A stretch of DNA of 61,397 bases, counting the filler. It is 6 parts of 6 records of this genome, joined end to end, with 100 filler letters (N's around TTAATTAATTAA, not from the genome) between each part and the next. Parts side by side here need not be neighbours in the genome. Positions count along the whole stretch, not along the records: positions 44,589 to 52,944 come from DRR723986_12526; positions 53,045 to 61,397 come from DRR723986_12537; 4 more parts are not named here. One strand, written 5' to 3'. The translations under genes were made by a program, and so were the position numbers. Below are positions 49,419-58,800 of the stretch, in pieces. A model generated the notes under the pieces. The model was given only the letters and a program-made list of their open reading frames with translations. It had not been told where the DNA came from and searched no databases. Every line of letters starts with the position of its first letter. Positions within the stretch are counted from its first letter, which is position 1.

Positions 49419-50018
49419 TCAGAGATCGCCCGCGAGATGCGCGTCGAGGTCCCCCAGCCGATCCTGCCCCCAGAAGCGCTCGTCGCCGTCGGTGATGTAG
49501 AACGGCGCGCCGAAGACGCCGCGCTCCACCGCTTCTTCGAGGTTGCGGGCGTAGGTTTCCGCCCCCACCAGAAGGCCGCTGTCCGCCAGCGAGGGATCGA
49601 AGCCCGCAGTCTGAAGGCAGGCGCGGATCACCGCATCGTCGGCGGCGTCCTTCTCTTCCGCCCAGCAGGCGCGCAGGATGCTATGCACCAGCGCGCCCAT
49701 GTCGCCGCCGCCGGCCTGTTGCGCGGCGATCACCGCGTAGGAGGAGGGCGCCACGTTGAAGGGCCAGAAGGCGGGTTTGAGATTGAACGGCATCCCGGTC
49801 TTTTTCGCCATCCGGGTCAGTTCCTGCGCCCGGTAGGCCTGTCGCGCGGGGTGGCGCTGTGCCGGAGGTGTGCCGCCCGTGCGCCCGAAGAGCGCGAGGA
49901 TATCCAAGGGCTTGTAGGTGACGGTGGCACCGTGCCGGGCGGCGATCTCTTCGAGCCTCGTGCCCGCGAAATAGGTGAAGGGCGACAGCGTCGCGAAATA
50001 ATAGTCGATATGGGGCAT
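49419..50018 (-). CDS. 2-hydroxychromene-2-carboxylate isomerase / DsbA-like (GST kappa family)
   Basis: IDYYF..LSPFTY and GVFGAPF…FWGQDRL; start MPHIDY at 50018. Confidence 0.9.
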   Translation of the reverse strand: MPHIDYYFATLSPFTYFAGTRLEEIAARHGATVTYKPLDILALFGRTGGTPPAQRHPARQAYRAQELTRMAKKTGMPFNLKPAFWPFNVAPSSYAVIAAQQAGGGDMGALVHSILRACWAEEKDAADDAVIRACLQTAGFDPSLADSGLLVGAETYARNLEEAVERGVFGAPFYITDGDERFWGQDRLGDLDAHLAGDL

Positions 50019-50113
50019 CGGAGGTCTGTCCTGCTGTGTTGCTGGCCTGCAGGTTAGGGCCATGCTAACGGGGCTGCAACGTCACGAATCCGTCACTCAC
50101 CGGAGCCTGCCCC

Positions 50114-51121
50114 ATGCCCACCGTCGTCGAACCCAAGCTGATTTCCGGCAATGCCAACAAACCGCTGGCGCAGGCCATTGCGCGCCGCATGTCGCTGTAT
50201 CGCGGCATGTCCGTCGGGCTGGTCGACGCCCGGGTCGAGCGGTTCAACGACAGCGAGATCTTCGTCGAGGTCTTCGAGAACGTGCGCGGCGAGGACATGT
50301 TCATCATCCAGCCGACCTCGAACCCGGCCAACGACAACCTGATGGAGCTGCTCATCATGGCCGACGCCCTGCGCCGGTCCTCGGCCTCGCGCATCACGGC
50401 GGTGATTCCCTACTTCGGCTATGCGCGGCAGGATCGCCGGACCAAGGCGCGGACGCCGATCTCCGCCAAGCTGGTGGCCAACATGATGGTCACGGCGGGG
50501 ATCGAGCGGGTGCTGACGCTGGACCTGCACGCCGCGCAGATCCAGGGCTTCTTCGATATTCCGGTGGACAACCTCTATGCCTCGCCAATCTTCGCGCTGG
50601 ACGTGAAGCGGCAGTTCGCCACGCTGGACGACGTGCTGGTGATCTCTCCGGACGTGGGCGGCGTGGCGCGGGCGCGCGAGCTGGCCAAGCGGATCAACGC
50701 GCCGCTGGCGATCGTCGACAAGCGCCGCGAGAAGCCGGGCGAGATCGCCGAGATGACGGTGATCGGCGACGTGACCGGCAAGCGCTGCATCATCGTGGAC
50801 GACATGTGCGACACCGCCGGCACGCTGTGCAAGGCGGCCGAGGTCATCATGGATCACGGCGCGACCGAGGTGCACGCCTATATCTCGCACGGGGTCATGT
50901 CCGGCCCGGCGGTGGAGCGGGTGAAGAACTCGGTCCTGAAGACGCTGGTGCTGACCGATTCGATCCAGCCCACCGGGCCGGTGTCGGAGGCGCCGAACAT
51001 CCGCGTCCTGCCGACCGCGCCGATGTTCGCGCAGTCGATCCTGAACATCTGGAACGGCACCTCTGTCTCCTCTCTCTTCGAGACGGAAACGCTGGGGCCG
51101 ATCTACGAAGGCATTCTGTGA
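50114..51121 (+). CDS. prs: Ribose-phosphate pyrophosphokinase
   Basis: [26 protein letters not shown] and [10 protein letters not shown]. Confidence 0.98.
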   Translation: MPTVVEPKLISGNANKPLAQAIARRMSLYRGMSVGLVDARVERFNDSEIFVEVFENVRGEDMFIIQPTSNPANDNLMELLIMADALRRSSASRITAVIPYFGYARQDRRTKARTPISAKLVANMMVTAGIERVLTLDLHAAQIQGFFDIPVDNLYASPIFALDVKRQFATLDDVLVISPDVGGVARARELAKRINAPLAIVDKRREKPGEIAEMTVIGDVTGKRCIIVDDMCDTAGTLCKAAEVIMDHGATEVHAYISHGVMSGPAVERVKNSVLKTLVLTDSIQPTGPVSEAPNIRVLPTAPMFAQSILNIWNGTSVSSLFETETLGPIYEGIL

Positions 51122-51504
51122 CGCCAAGGCTGTGCGTTGCCCGCCCGACGGCGGACCTTGACGCGCTGCTGCCATTCTACGTCAACGGGCTGGGGCTGGA
51201 GGTTCTGGCCCGCTTCGACGGTCACGACGGGTTCGACGGGGTGATGCTGGGGCATCCGCAGGCGCCTTGGCATCTGGAGTTCACCCGGTCGGACCACCCT
51301 GCCCCGCGCGCCCCAAGCGCCGACAATCTGCTGGTGCTCTACCTGCCCGAACGGCCGGACTGGGAGGCGGCGGTGGCCCGGATGACCGCGGCGGGATTCG
51401 CGGCGGTGCCGTCCCTCAACCCCTATTGGGACCGACAGGGCGCGACCTTCGAAGACCCCGAAGGCTGGCGCGTGGTCCTGCAGAACGCGGGCTGGGCGCT
51501 TTAG
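51118..51504 (+). CDS. VOC/glyoxalase-family protein (YycE-like)
   Basis: VARPT…[20 protein letters not shown] and NPYW…[15 protein letters not shown] start overlaps the prs stop. Confidence 0.85.
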   Translation: MTPRLCVARPTADLDALLPFYVNGLGLEVLARFDGHDGFDGVMLGHPQAPWHLEFTRSDHPAPRAPSADNLLVLYLPERPDWEAAVARMTAAGFAAVPSLNPYWDRQGATFEDPEGWRVVLQNAGWAL

Positions 51505-51851
51505 TACAGCGACCAGTCGTCCTCTGACGCGATTTCCCCGATCGCGAGCCAGTTCATGCGGACGCGGGCGACCCGGGTGTCGGACCATGTCCGGAAGACC
51601 AGTTCGAACCCGGTCGCGGTGATGGAGTCGGCGACGATGTCGGCGCGGACGTTGGCACCCTGATCCATGTCCCACAGCGACAGCGCGACCTGCACCGAGG
51701 GCGGGGTCCGGAAGGGTTCCGCGAAGGTCACGGCCTTGCGACGCTCGCGCGCGCCGGAGCCGGTCCACATGTCGCCGCCAGAGGCGAAGTCCGAGAAGAT
51801 CTCTTCGTTGCCCTGCGCAACCCCGATCAGCGAGCCGGTGAATTTCCGCAT
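51501..51851 (-). CDS. Stand-alone H-type lectin domain protein
   Basis: VTFAEPF..PPSV, IT.TGF and FRTWSDT…WLAIG. Confidence 0.8.
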   Translation of the reverse strand: MRKFTGSLIGVAQGNEEIFSDFASGGDMWTGSGARERRKAVTFAEPFRTPPSVQVALSLWDMDQGANVRADIVADSITATGFELVFRTWSDTRVARVRMNWLAIGEIASEDDWSLY

Positions 51852-51926
51852 CTGCCCCTCATGGTCGTTTTCCAGCCTATAGCGCAGGCCGTGGGGGCAA
51901 TGCAGCCCCCTTTTGCCGCGTCCGGC

Positions 51927-52571
51927 CTACAGCGGCCCGTCGGTGCTGTCGACCGAGAGCACGCCCACCGCGTCCAGCCCGCCGAGGATCGCGTCGACGG
52001 CCACTGTGGCCAGAATGATCCCCATGACCCGGCTGACGACCCCCGCGCCGGTGTTGCCGAGGATCCGCTTGAGCGGCGCGGCCGCGAAAAGGAGCAGCAG
52101 TGTCACCACGAGGACCACGGTCAGCAGTCCCGCGGTCACCATCTGCTCCGTCACGGAATGGCGGTGGTTGTCGGTCAGAACGACGATGGCCAGCATGGCG
52201 CCGGGAGAGGCGATGGAGGGCATGGCCAGCGGGAACACGGCGCCGGAGAGATGATCCCGCTCTGCCTCGGCCATCTCGCGGTCGGGCTTGCTGTCGCCGA
52301 AGATCATCGTCAGCGCGAAGAGGAACAGGATCACGCCGCCTGCGATCTGGAACGATCCGAAGCGCAGGCCAAGGCCTTCGAGCAGGATCTGCCCCGCGAC
52401 GAGGAATGCCATCAGAACGACCCATGCGACGAGGACCGCGCGGAGCGCGAACTTCCAGTGCAGCGCGGCCGGGACCGAAGCCGTGGCGAAATAGAAAACC
52501 GGCAGCGACCCGATGGGGTCGATGACGACGAACAGGGTCACGAGTTCGCGCAGCAGAGAGGTGATGTCCAA
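51927..52571 (-). CDS. MarC-family membrane protein
   Basis: LFVVIDPIG, FQIAGG..LF, FPLAMP..ASPG and RVMG; TTG start inferred. Confidence 0.9.
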   Translation of the reverse strand: MDITSLLRELVTLFVVIDPIGSLPVFYFATASVPAALHWKFALRAVLVAWVVLMAFLVAGQILLEGLGLRFGSFQIAGGVILFLFALTMIFGDSKPDREMAEAERDHLSGAVFPLAMPSIASPGAMLAIVVLTDNHRHSVTEQMVTAGLLTVVLVVTLLLLFAAAPLKRILGNTGAGVVSRVMGIILATVAVDAILGGLDAVGVLSVDSTDGPL

Positions 52572-52944
52572 GGGCGCAATCCTTGCGTCGAAGGGCGATG
52601 ATGGTGGAGCACGCTCTGGGACGGGAGCGATGCAGGGGGCGGGGGAGTGCACACTCTCTAACGCGAGACGTACGTTTGGCAAATGGGGTTCCTGCACAGA
52701 CGGGGCAAGGGCGGCGCATCGTCGCGCCGAAGCGTGGCGCGGGTGCCGCTCGAACGAGCGGCGGTCTTGGGGAGGCCGGGCCGTGGCAGGCTTGCCGTGG
52801 GCATGGGACGCCACCGCAAAGGTCTGTGGGCAGGAGGCGCGGACGTGCGGCGGGAAGAGGGCCGTCCGCGTATCCGGTGGCCTGACCGCGAGCGAGTGTG
52901 CGCTCCGGTGGCCGAAGCGATCGGCGGGCGCACCGATCACCGGG

Positions 52945-53044
52945 NNNNNNNNNNNNNNNNNNNNNNNNNNNNNNNNNNNNNNNNNNNNTTAATTAATTAA
53001 NNNNNNNNNNNNNNNNNNNNNNNNNNNNNNNNNNNNNNNNNNNN
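52945..53044. other. Artificial contig spacer
   Basis: N-run + TTAATTAATTAA + N-run. Confidence 0.98.
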
Positions 53045-55503
53045 GGCCCGTCGGCGCTGATGACCGGATCGGGGAGTGGGAAAACCGAGACCGCTGTCGG
53101 CGGGGTTGTGAACTCACAGTCGGTATCGTCAATCACCTTCACCCAGAAATCGCCGCCGGCGTCAACCTCAATTGTTTGAGTCTTGGCGCCGGTGCTCCAC
53201 AGATATTCGATAAATCCATCGCCGGCATCCAGTTCAACACTGCCGCCTTCGCAGAATTCGAGCGGGCCGTCGGCCGCAATCTCGGTGAAAGCATCACAGC
53301 CGAACTCCCAGATATAGCCTTCCTCGCTGCCTTTAACGAAGTCCTGGAAGGCGTCATCGGTCGTTGGCATGGCGTCACTCTGATAACTGCCCGCTATTAT
53401 CATGTTGCCGTCTTCAGCAGATGGACCGGTAGCTGCGCAGGTGAAGGCCTGGTCTACTTTGTCGAGGAACAACAGCTGCGAAAATGTCAATTCACGCGCG
53501 GCATTTACCTGCCCAACCGTCGCTGTGCCTTCCCACCAAACCAGATCGGCCAACTCGCGAAATGGATTTTCAGTCTGCGGGTAGATGCAGCTGTTGGTGT
53601 GCCCCGTGAACATAAAGCTGCCGTCGTCATAGGCCGCAATTTTGTAGGCGCGGTCGATGCTGTCACCGCCATGCAGCGTCGACCAGAGATGTTCGGAAGA
53701 CTTGGAGACTTCAAACAGAAACACCTCTGCGTTTGAGGGCGATTCATCGACGTTGTTATGCGTCGTCTGCCAGCCGCCTTTGACCGGAAAGCTGGTGTGA
53801 TGTGTTTCACCCAAAATCATCAGATTGTCATTGTTGGGCAGTGCCACGACGTCCATCGCGAGGTCACGCCCCTCCGTCCCCAGATAACTGACCCAGAGCG
53901 TGCGGCCCGTATTAGCCGTAAACTTGGCCACCAGGCCATCCACGCCGCCGGCACTCGCGGGCTGGAAACCGTTCTCCGTCTTCTGGACGTCGTCCGAGCG
54001 CGTCCAGCCCACCAGCGTCACGTTCTGTTCACTGTCTATCGTTACGCCCGTGGCCGCATCCGCAGCCGTACCGCCCACGTAGGTGGACCACAGCGGCGAG
54101 CCGTCGTTTTTGATGCGCGCCAGAAACATGTCCAGCCCGTCGTTTTTAGAGCTTTTCTCGGCATTCTTGATTGGAAAGAGCGCGCCGACCTCAGCCGTCG
54201 TGCCACAAATCACCAGGATCGTTTCGTTAAATTGCGTCATATAACCGGCAATGTCGACGCCTTCATCGCGGTTGCCACCACCAAAGTAGGACGACCAGCG
54301 CAGAATGCCTTCATCCGGACTCAACTGCGAGACAAATGCCGCCTGGATGTCATTGATCAGTTCAGTCTGAAAACCGTTTTTGATCGGGAAGTTGCTGCTG
54401 CCCGTGCTGCCCACCAGATGCACTGAGCCTATGCTGTTGACATACACGCCATTGGCCTGATCCAGCAGGCTTCCACCCCAGTAGGTCGCCCACAGGCGCT
54501 GGCGGTCCGCGCCAAACTTAACAACCATCGCATCACGTGAACCCGCCAGACTGGTCTGTTTGTCGAGCCCCGGCGTCGTTGGAAAATCAAATGATGAGGT
54601 ATAACCGACGGCAATCAGACTGCCGTCATCATGTGCATAAATGTCTTCAAACGAATCGCCGCCGGCGCCGCCGTAGTATGTGCCCCAAACCACGCCGGGA
54701 TCAATCACCAGCAACTGCTTGGGATCGTAGTGCCCCAACTCAAAACCAATCTCCTCACCGTAAACGCGGAAGCCGGAAGTCACCTCGCGTTGTGGCACTT
54801 CCCGGAGCTCTGCGGTCGACGTGTGATTAACGCTACTCTGGTAGGTGTAGGGCTTGTCTTCCTGCACATGGCCGTGCGGATTGCTCACTAACATCGAACC
54901 GTCGGCACCAAGGCGGAAACCCGTCGCACCAATATATTTCAGTCTGATATCTGCGGGATTACCGCCGGGCCAAACAAAAAAATCATATTTCAAACCGGTA
55001 TTGGTGAAGTAGACCCGCAGGTCGATTTTAGGGTAGATTTCGCGGTAGAGTACCTCGCGGTATGAGCTCAAATTCAGCACCTCCAGGTCACGCCCGCGAT
55101 AAAAATTCTCGTGCCCGGCAGTCGCTAAACTCGTCTCCACGTCCGCAGCCGGATTGGCGCCGGCAAGCTCCAGATCCATGCGGTAGCGCGTGGCCATGCG
55201 CTGATCGTCTTCGCGCACGCTAAAAGTCGCATCGAGCGGATCGCGCAACCTGGGCCCCGTTTCATACGCGGTAAAAACGTAACTGAAACCGGTTTTGCGC
55301 AGATACATTTCGACTCCGCCGGCGGCACTCTTAAAAAGCACGTCCTCACGCGAATTGCCCTCATCGTCGAAAATTTGACCGCCATTTGGCGTAAATGCGG
55401 CAGCAGGCGCAGGTGGCGAAGCAGCCGTTTCAGCATTGGTCACTTGTGGAAACAGCAGAATACCCGATAGTAGAATCAGGCAAAGCAGCGGCAAACGGAA
55501 CAT
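53045..55503 (-). CDS. Secreted SBBP-repeat beta-propeller protein (paralogue 3), 3'-truncated
   Basis: Signal peptide, FTPNGGQ…IYPKIDL…KYDF…LVIDP N-terminal domain, repeated W.TY.GG / G.T.S.DFP blades, then LDAG.G…Y.WS.G Ig repeats; start MFRLP at 55503. Confidence 0.88.
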
Positions 55504-55695
55504 GGGTGTGGCCGTGGTTGAATTGCAGAATTTGTTAAGCAGGGGGATTGGTGGGCGGTTACGCCTGTTGGCGCAGCTGTCGTTGATCGACACGGTTTGT
55601 GGCAAAAAGTCCCTGACCCAGTCGAGTAAGTGAAGTTGGGGGAGTTAGCGCAGGCGCACAGAAAACAGGCAGTCCTTCAGTATCATATTGTGCCG

Positions 55696-55770
55696 GGCAT
55701 CTAGCCGCCCACTGCGTTGGCCGTCTATGCCTCATGAGTTTCTTGTTTGTCGCTGTGTGAGAATCCTCAA
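55696..55770 (-). promoter_or_regulatory. Conserved upstream element, copy 1 (candidate promoter plus structured leader)
   Basis: Near-identical to 60890-60963 except for an 8-nt loop. Confidence 0.65.
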
Positions 55771-55803
55771 GCCGCTGAGACAGCCCCAGGTGGTGCTCCC
55801 CAG

Positions 55804-55857
55804 GGCCAGAATCCATCAGGCCTAATCCATCAGGCCAAATCCATCAGGCCAGAATCC
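55804..55857. repeat. 14-bp-period tandem repeat (AATCCATCAGGCC-N)3
   Basis: Copies at 55810, 55824 and 55838; GGCCAGAATCC at both ends. Confidence 0.9.
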
Positions 55858-58800
55858 TAACGCACAATCACAAATAATCGCTCGTCAACGGCCGACTGCG
55901 CGCGCAGCACAAGCTGGTAGACACCGGGCGCCAACGCAAGCTCAGGCACAACTGTGATGATATTCGATCCGGGTTTGGCCCACTCGCGTTCAAAAACTGT
56001 CCGGCCGGTCGTTGAGCGGATCAACATCTGCAGACTCGCGCCCGCATAACCGCGCACGCGGAACACCGGCGGCCGGCTGGAGGGATTCGGTGAGAGGCCA
56101 AGAATCCCAAAACTCGGCACCCTGGTCAGCAATCGCGTGCCGCCGGCCTCACATAAACTGTCCAGCGTCAGGCTGCCGTCATTCAGCGTCGCGTCGACTT
56201 CGCGGTTAATAAAGACAACACTGTCCAGCCGCAGCGCACTCGTCACCGTATTTCCCAGCAATGGTACGCCGCTGAGTACGGCCAAAGGACCATCTTCCGT
56301 CAGCGTAACCGCCCCACTGCGCAGCACCAGAGTGCGCTCGTCGGGAGTCCTGAGATTGGATTCGATCGCGCCATTTTGCAATGATTGCGGCAGAAAGACG
56401 GAGGAGTTCATGCGCATATAGACCAGCGCCTCAACTTCAAAATCACCGTCAAAGTCCTGCAGCGAACGCACCAGAATTGGAATCTCAAAACTGGGCCAGT
56501 GCGGGTTCGCTACCAGGTCTGGAATGTAAATGTCAACTTCCGGTACCTGCACTTCTTCTTCTGTTCCGACTCCCGTCAGGCTTGTGCGATAAGTCAGATC
56601 GCAGGGACTCGTGCTGCGTACACAGAACTCGCCGGTGAAGCTGCCGACGGACGTCGCGCTGAATTGCACAACTACTTCGAGTGACTCTCCCGGCGCAACG
56701 TCCAGCGGAAAGGTCGTGGGTGCCAAAATGCTGAACGGCGCGGCCAGACATTCAATCGCCGAGATTTCAATCGGCCCGTTGCCTTCATTTGTCCAGCTGA
56801 CGGTGCGCGTCGCCATGTCCCCCAACTGCACAGGCCCAAAGTCTTCAGTCGCTGCGCCGCGCATGCTCAGGTCGATGCGCCGGCCCGTCAGAGTAATCAC
56901 ACGCTCAATGTTGCAGGGCATAAAAACAATCGTGATGCTGCCGGCGGCCTCCGCAGCATCCGTCGTAAACGTGATGTCAAAAAATTCGGGTGCCGCCACA
57001 TCTTCAACGAGGTTCACGTCAAAATTGCCGTCCACCGTCACTGTTCCAATCGTGAGTTCCGCGCCGCTGCGCGTGATCGCCACACGCCGCGTAAGTGAGG
57101 TCTGCTCACAGCTGAAATAATCGCCGAAGTCAACCAGCGGCGGCACATCGATACTGATGCCGACCTTTTCGCCGCCATACTCAAACTCAAGTGTGCCGGT
57201 GCAGCCGTCAAGCTCGTAGGTGATTCTTGCGCTGCCGCTGATCAGCCCCGTGGCACCTGGCGTCAGGCGCAGCGGCAAAGACAGCGGGTCGGCAAGTGGC
57301 AACTTCAGGGGCAACTCAAGGGGCAATGGCGCCTGCGCGCCCAGCTGACCGGAAACATCGTCAATTGCAATAATGCGCAGCGGTCCCTCTGCGCCGTCTG
57401 AAGGGCGCAGCAGCAGCTCGGCGTCGGCACTCAACTCACAGTCGCTCAGGCTCGCAAACTGCAAAACTTGATCGTTGACGAGCTCAACCGCGGCATCACG
57501 GCCGGTGCCGCTTACAACAATCTGAATCTTGTCATTGCAGCTGCCGCTGCTGTAGTTGATTGAAATTGCACTGCTCGCCGCGCCGGCCGCCGTCGGCGTA
57601 AACCGAATCAGTAGCGGCTCCTTTGCGCCCGGCGGGAGTGTTAATGGCAGCTGGCTGGGAGCGGCAAGAGCAAAAGGACCGTTCACCTGCGCACTCTGCA
57701 GAACTACATCCTCAGCACCGGAATTCTCAAATTCTACCGCCTGCTCCGCAGTCGCGTTCTCACACAGGAGAACGTCGCCAAAGTCGATCGTCGAAGGTGT
57801 CGCAGTCAGCAGCAGCTCACCTTTGCTGCCAGTCAGAGGAATGATAATGACGTCATCACATGGTGAGATGTGAATGCGCAGTTCGGCATTGACCGGATCG
57901 AGCGTGGCCGGAGTGAAGACGATATCGAGCGTGACGTCAGCACCGGCGGCAATCTCCGTATTCGCCAAAAAGTTCGCCGCCGCAAATACTGCGGTATTGC
58001 TGAACTCCAACCGCTCCACAAACACCGCATAATCACTTGTATTTGTTAAGGTCAGCGGCAGGCTGACGCTCGATTGGCAGCCGTCCAAGATCCCCCAGTC
58101 AAGAGCCGCTGGAGCGGCAGTCACTTCCCAGGGCTCGCGCAGATCAACCTGCACACTTGCCTCGGCAGTACAGCCGCCTCCGCCGGTCACAATCACGGAA
58201 TATTCGTCCGTACCGCTGACGCTGATCGTCTGTGTTTCAGCGCCGTTCGACCAGGCGTACTTCTCATAGCCGGCGCCGGCATCAAGCGTCACGCTGCCGC
58301 CCTCACAGGACTGCAATGGACCATCGGCCGTAATGTTTAGCTCCGGATTTGGGAATACCGTGATTTCTGTCGGCGGTGTGGTGAACTCGCAGCCATTCGG
58401 ATCGACAACCTTTACGTAAAATTCGCCGGAGGCGTCAACCTCAATTTGACGAGTCCTCTCACCGGTACTCCAAATGTAGTCCGCAAAACCGGCGCCGGCG
58501 TCGAGCGTCACGCGCCGGCCCTCGCAAACCTCCAGGGGGCTGTCGGCCGTAATCTCAGTAAACGTGCTGCAGCCGAACTCAATGACGTATCCAGAACTGC
58601 TGCCGGACATAACGTTCTGGAAAGCATTTTCAGTTGTTGGCAGATCACTGAGAGTACTGACGCCTGCAACTATCAGGCTGCCATCGGCAACCGATTGCCC
58701 TGTCACGGCCAGACCAACGATGTAACTATGGGAATCATGAGGCAAATACGTAGAATAGACCAGATCCCGACTGGCTGAGATCACACCGATATTTATGCCC

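Noticed and set aside
50062-51504. 480-aa ORF ending in a VOC domain
   Set aside because: Shadow frame over prs; the real gene starts at GTG 51118.
52572-52944. N-terminal extension of MarC and other ORFs at the end of contig E
   Set aside because: Low-information GC-rich sequence with no recognisable domain; no feature could be supported.
21248-53044. Five identical TTAATTAATTAA palindromes in N-runs, and apparent gene neighbourhoods across them (e.g. RM next to ffs, ureC next to rdgB)
   Set aside because: These are artificial concatenation linkers. Composition and taxonomy change across them, so cross-junction synteny and ORFs containing X are meaningless.
55696-55770. Assignment to c-di-GMP, c-di-AMP, ZTP, fluoride or Mn riboswitches
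   Set aside because: The hallmark nucleotides of those classes were not recognisable by eye; left unassigned pending an Rfam search.
55559-55816. Small ORF (MRHRRPTQW…) over the conserved element as a leader peptide
   Set aside because: The ATG is AAG in the second copy, so conservation is not at the peptide level.
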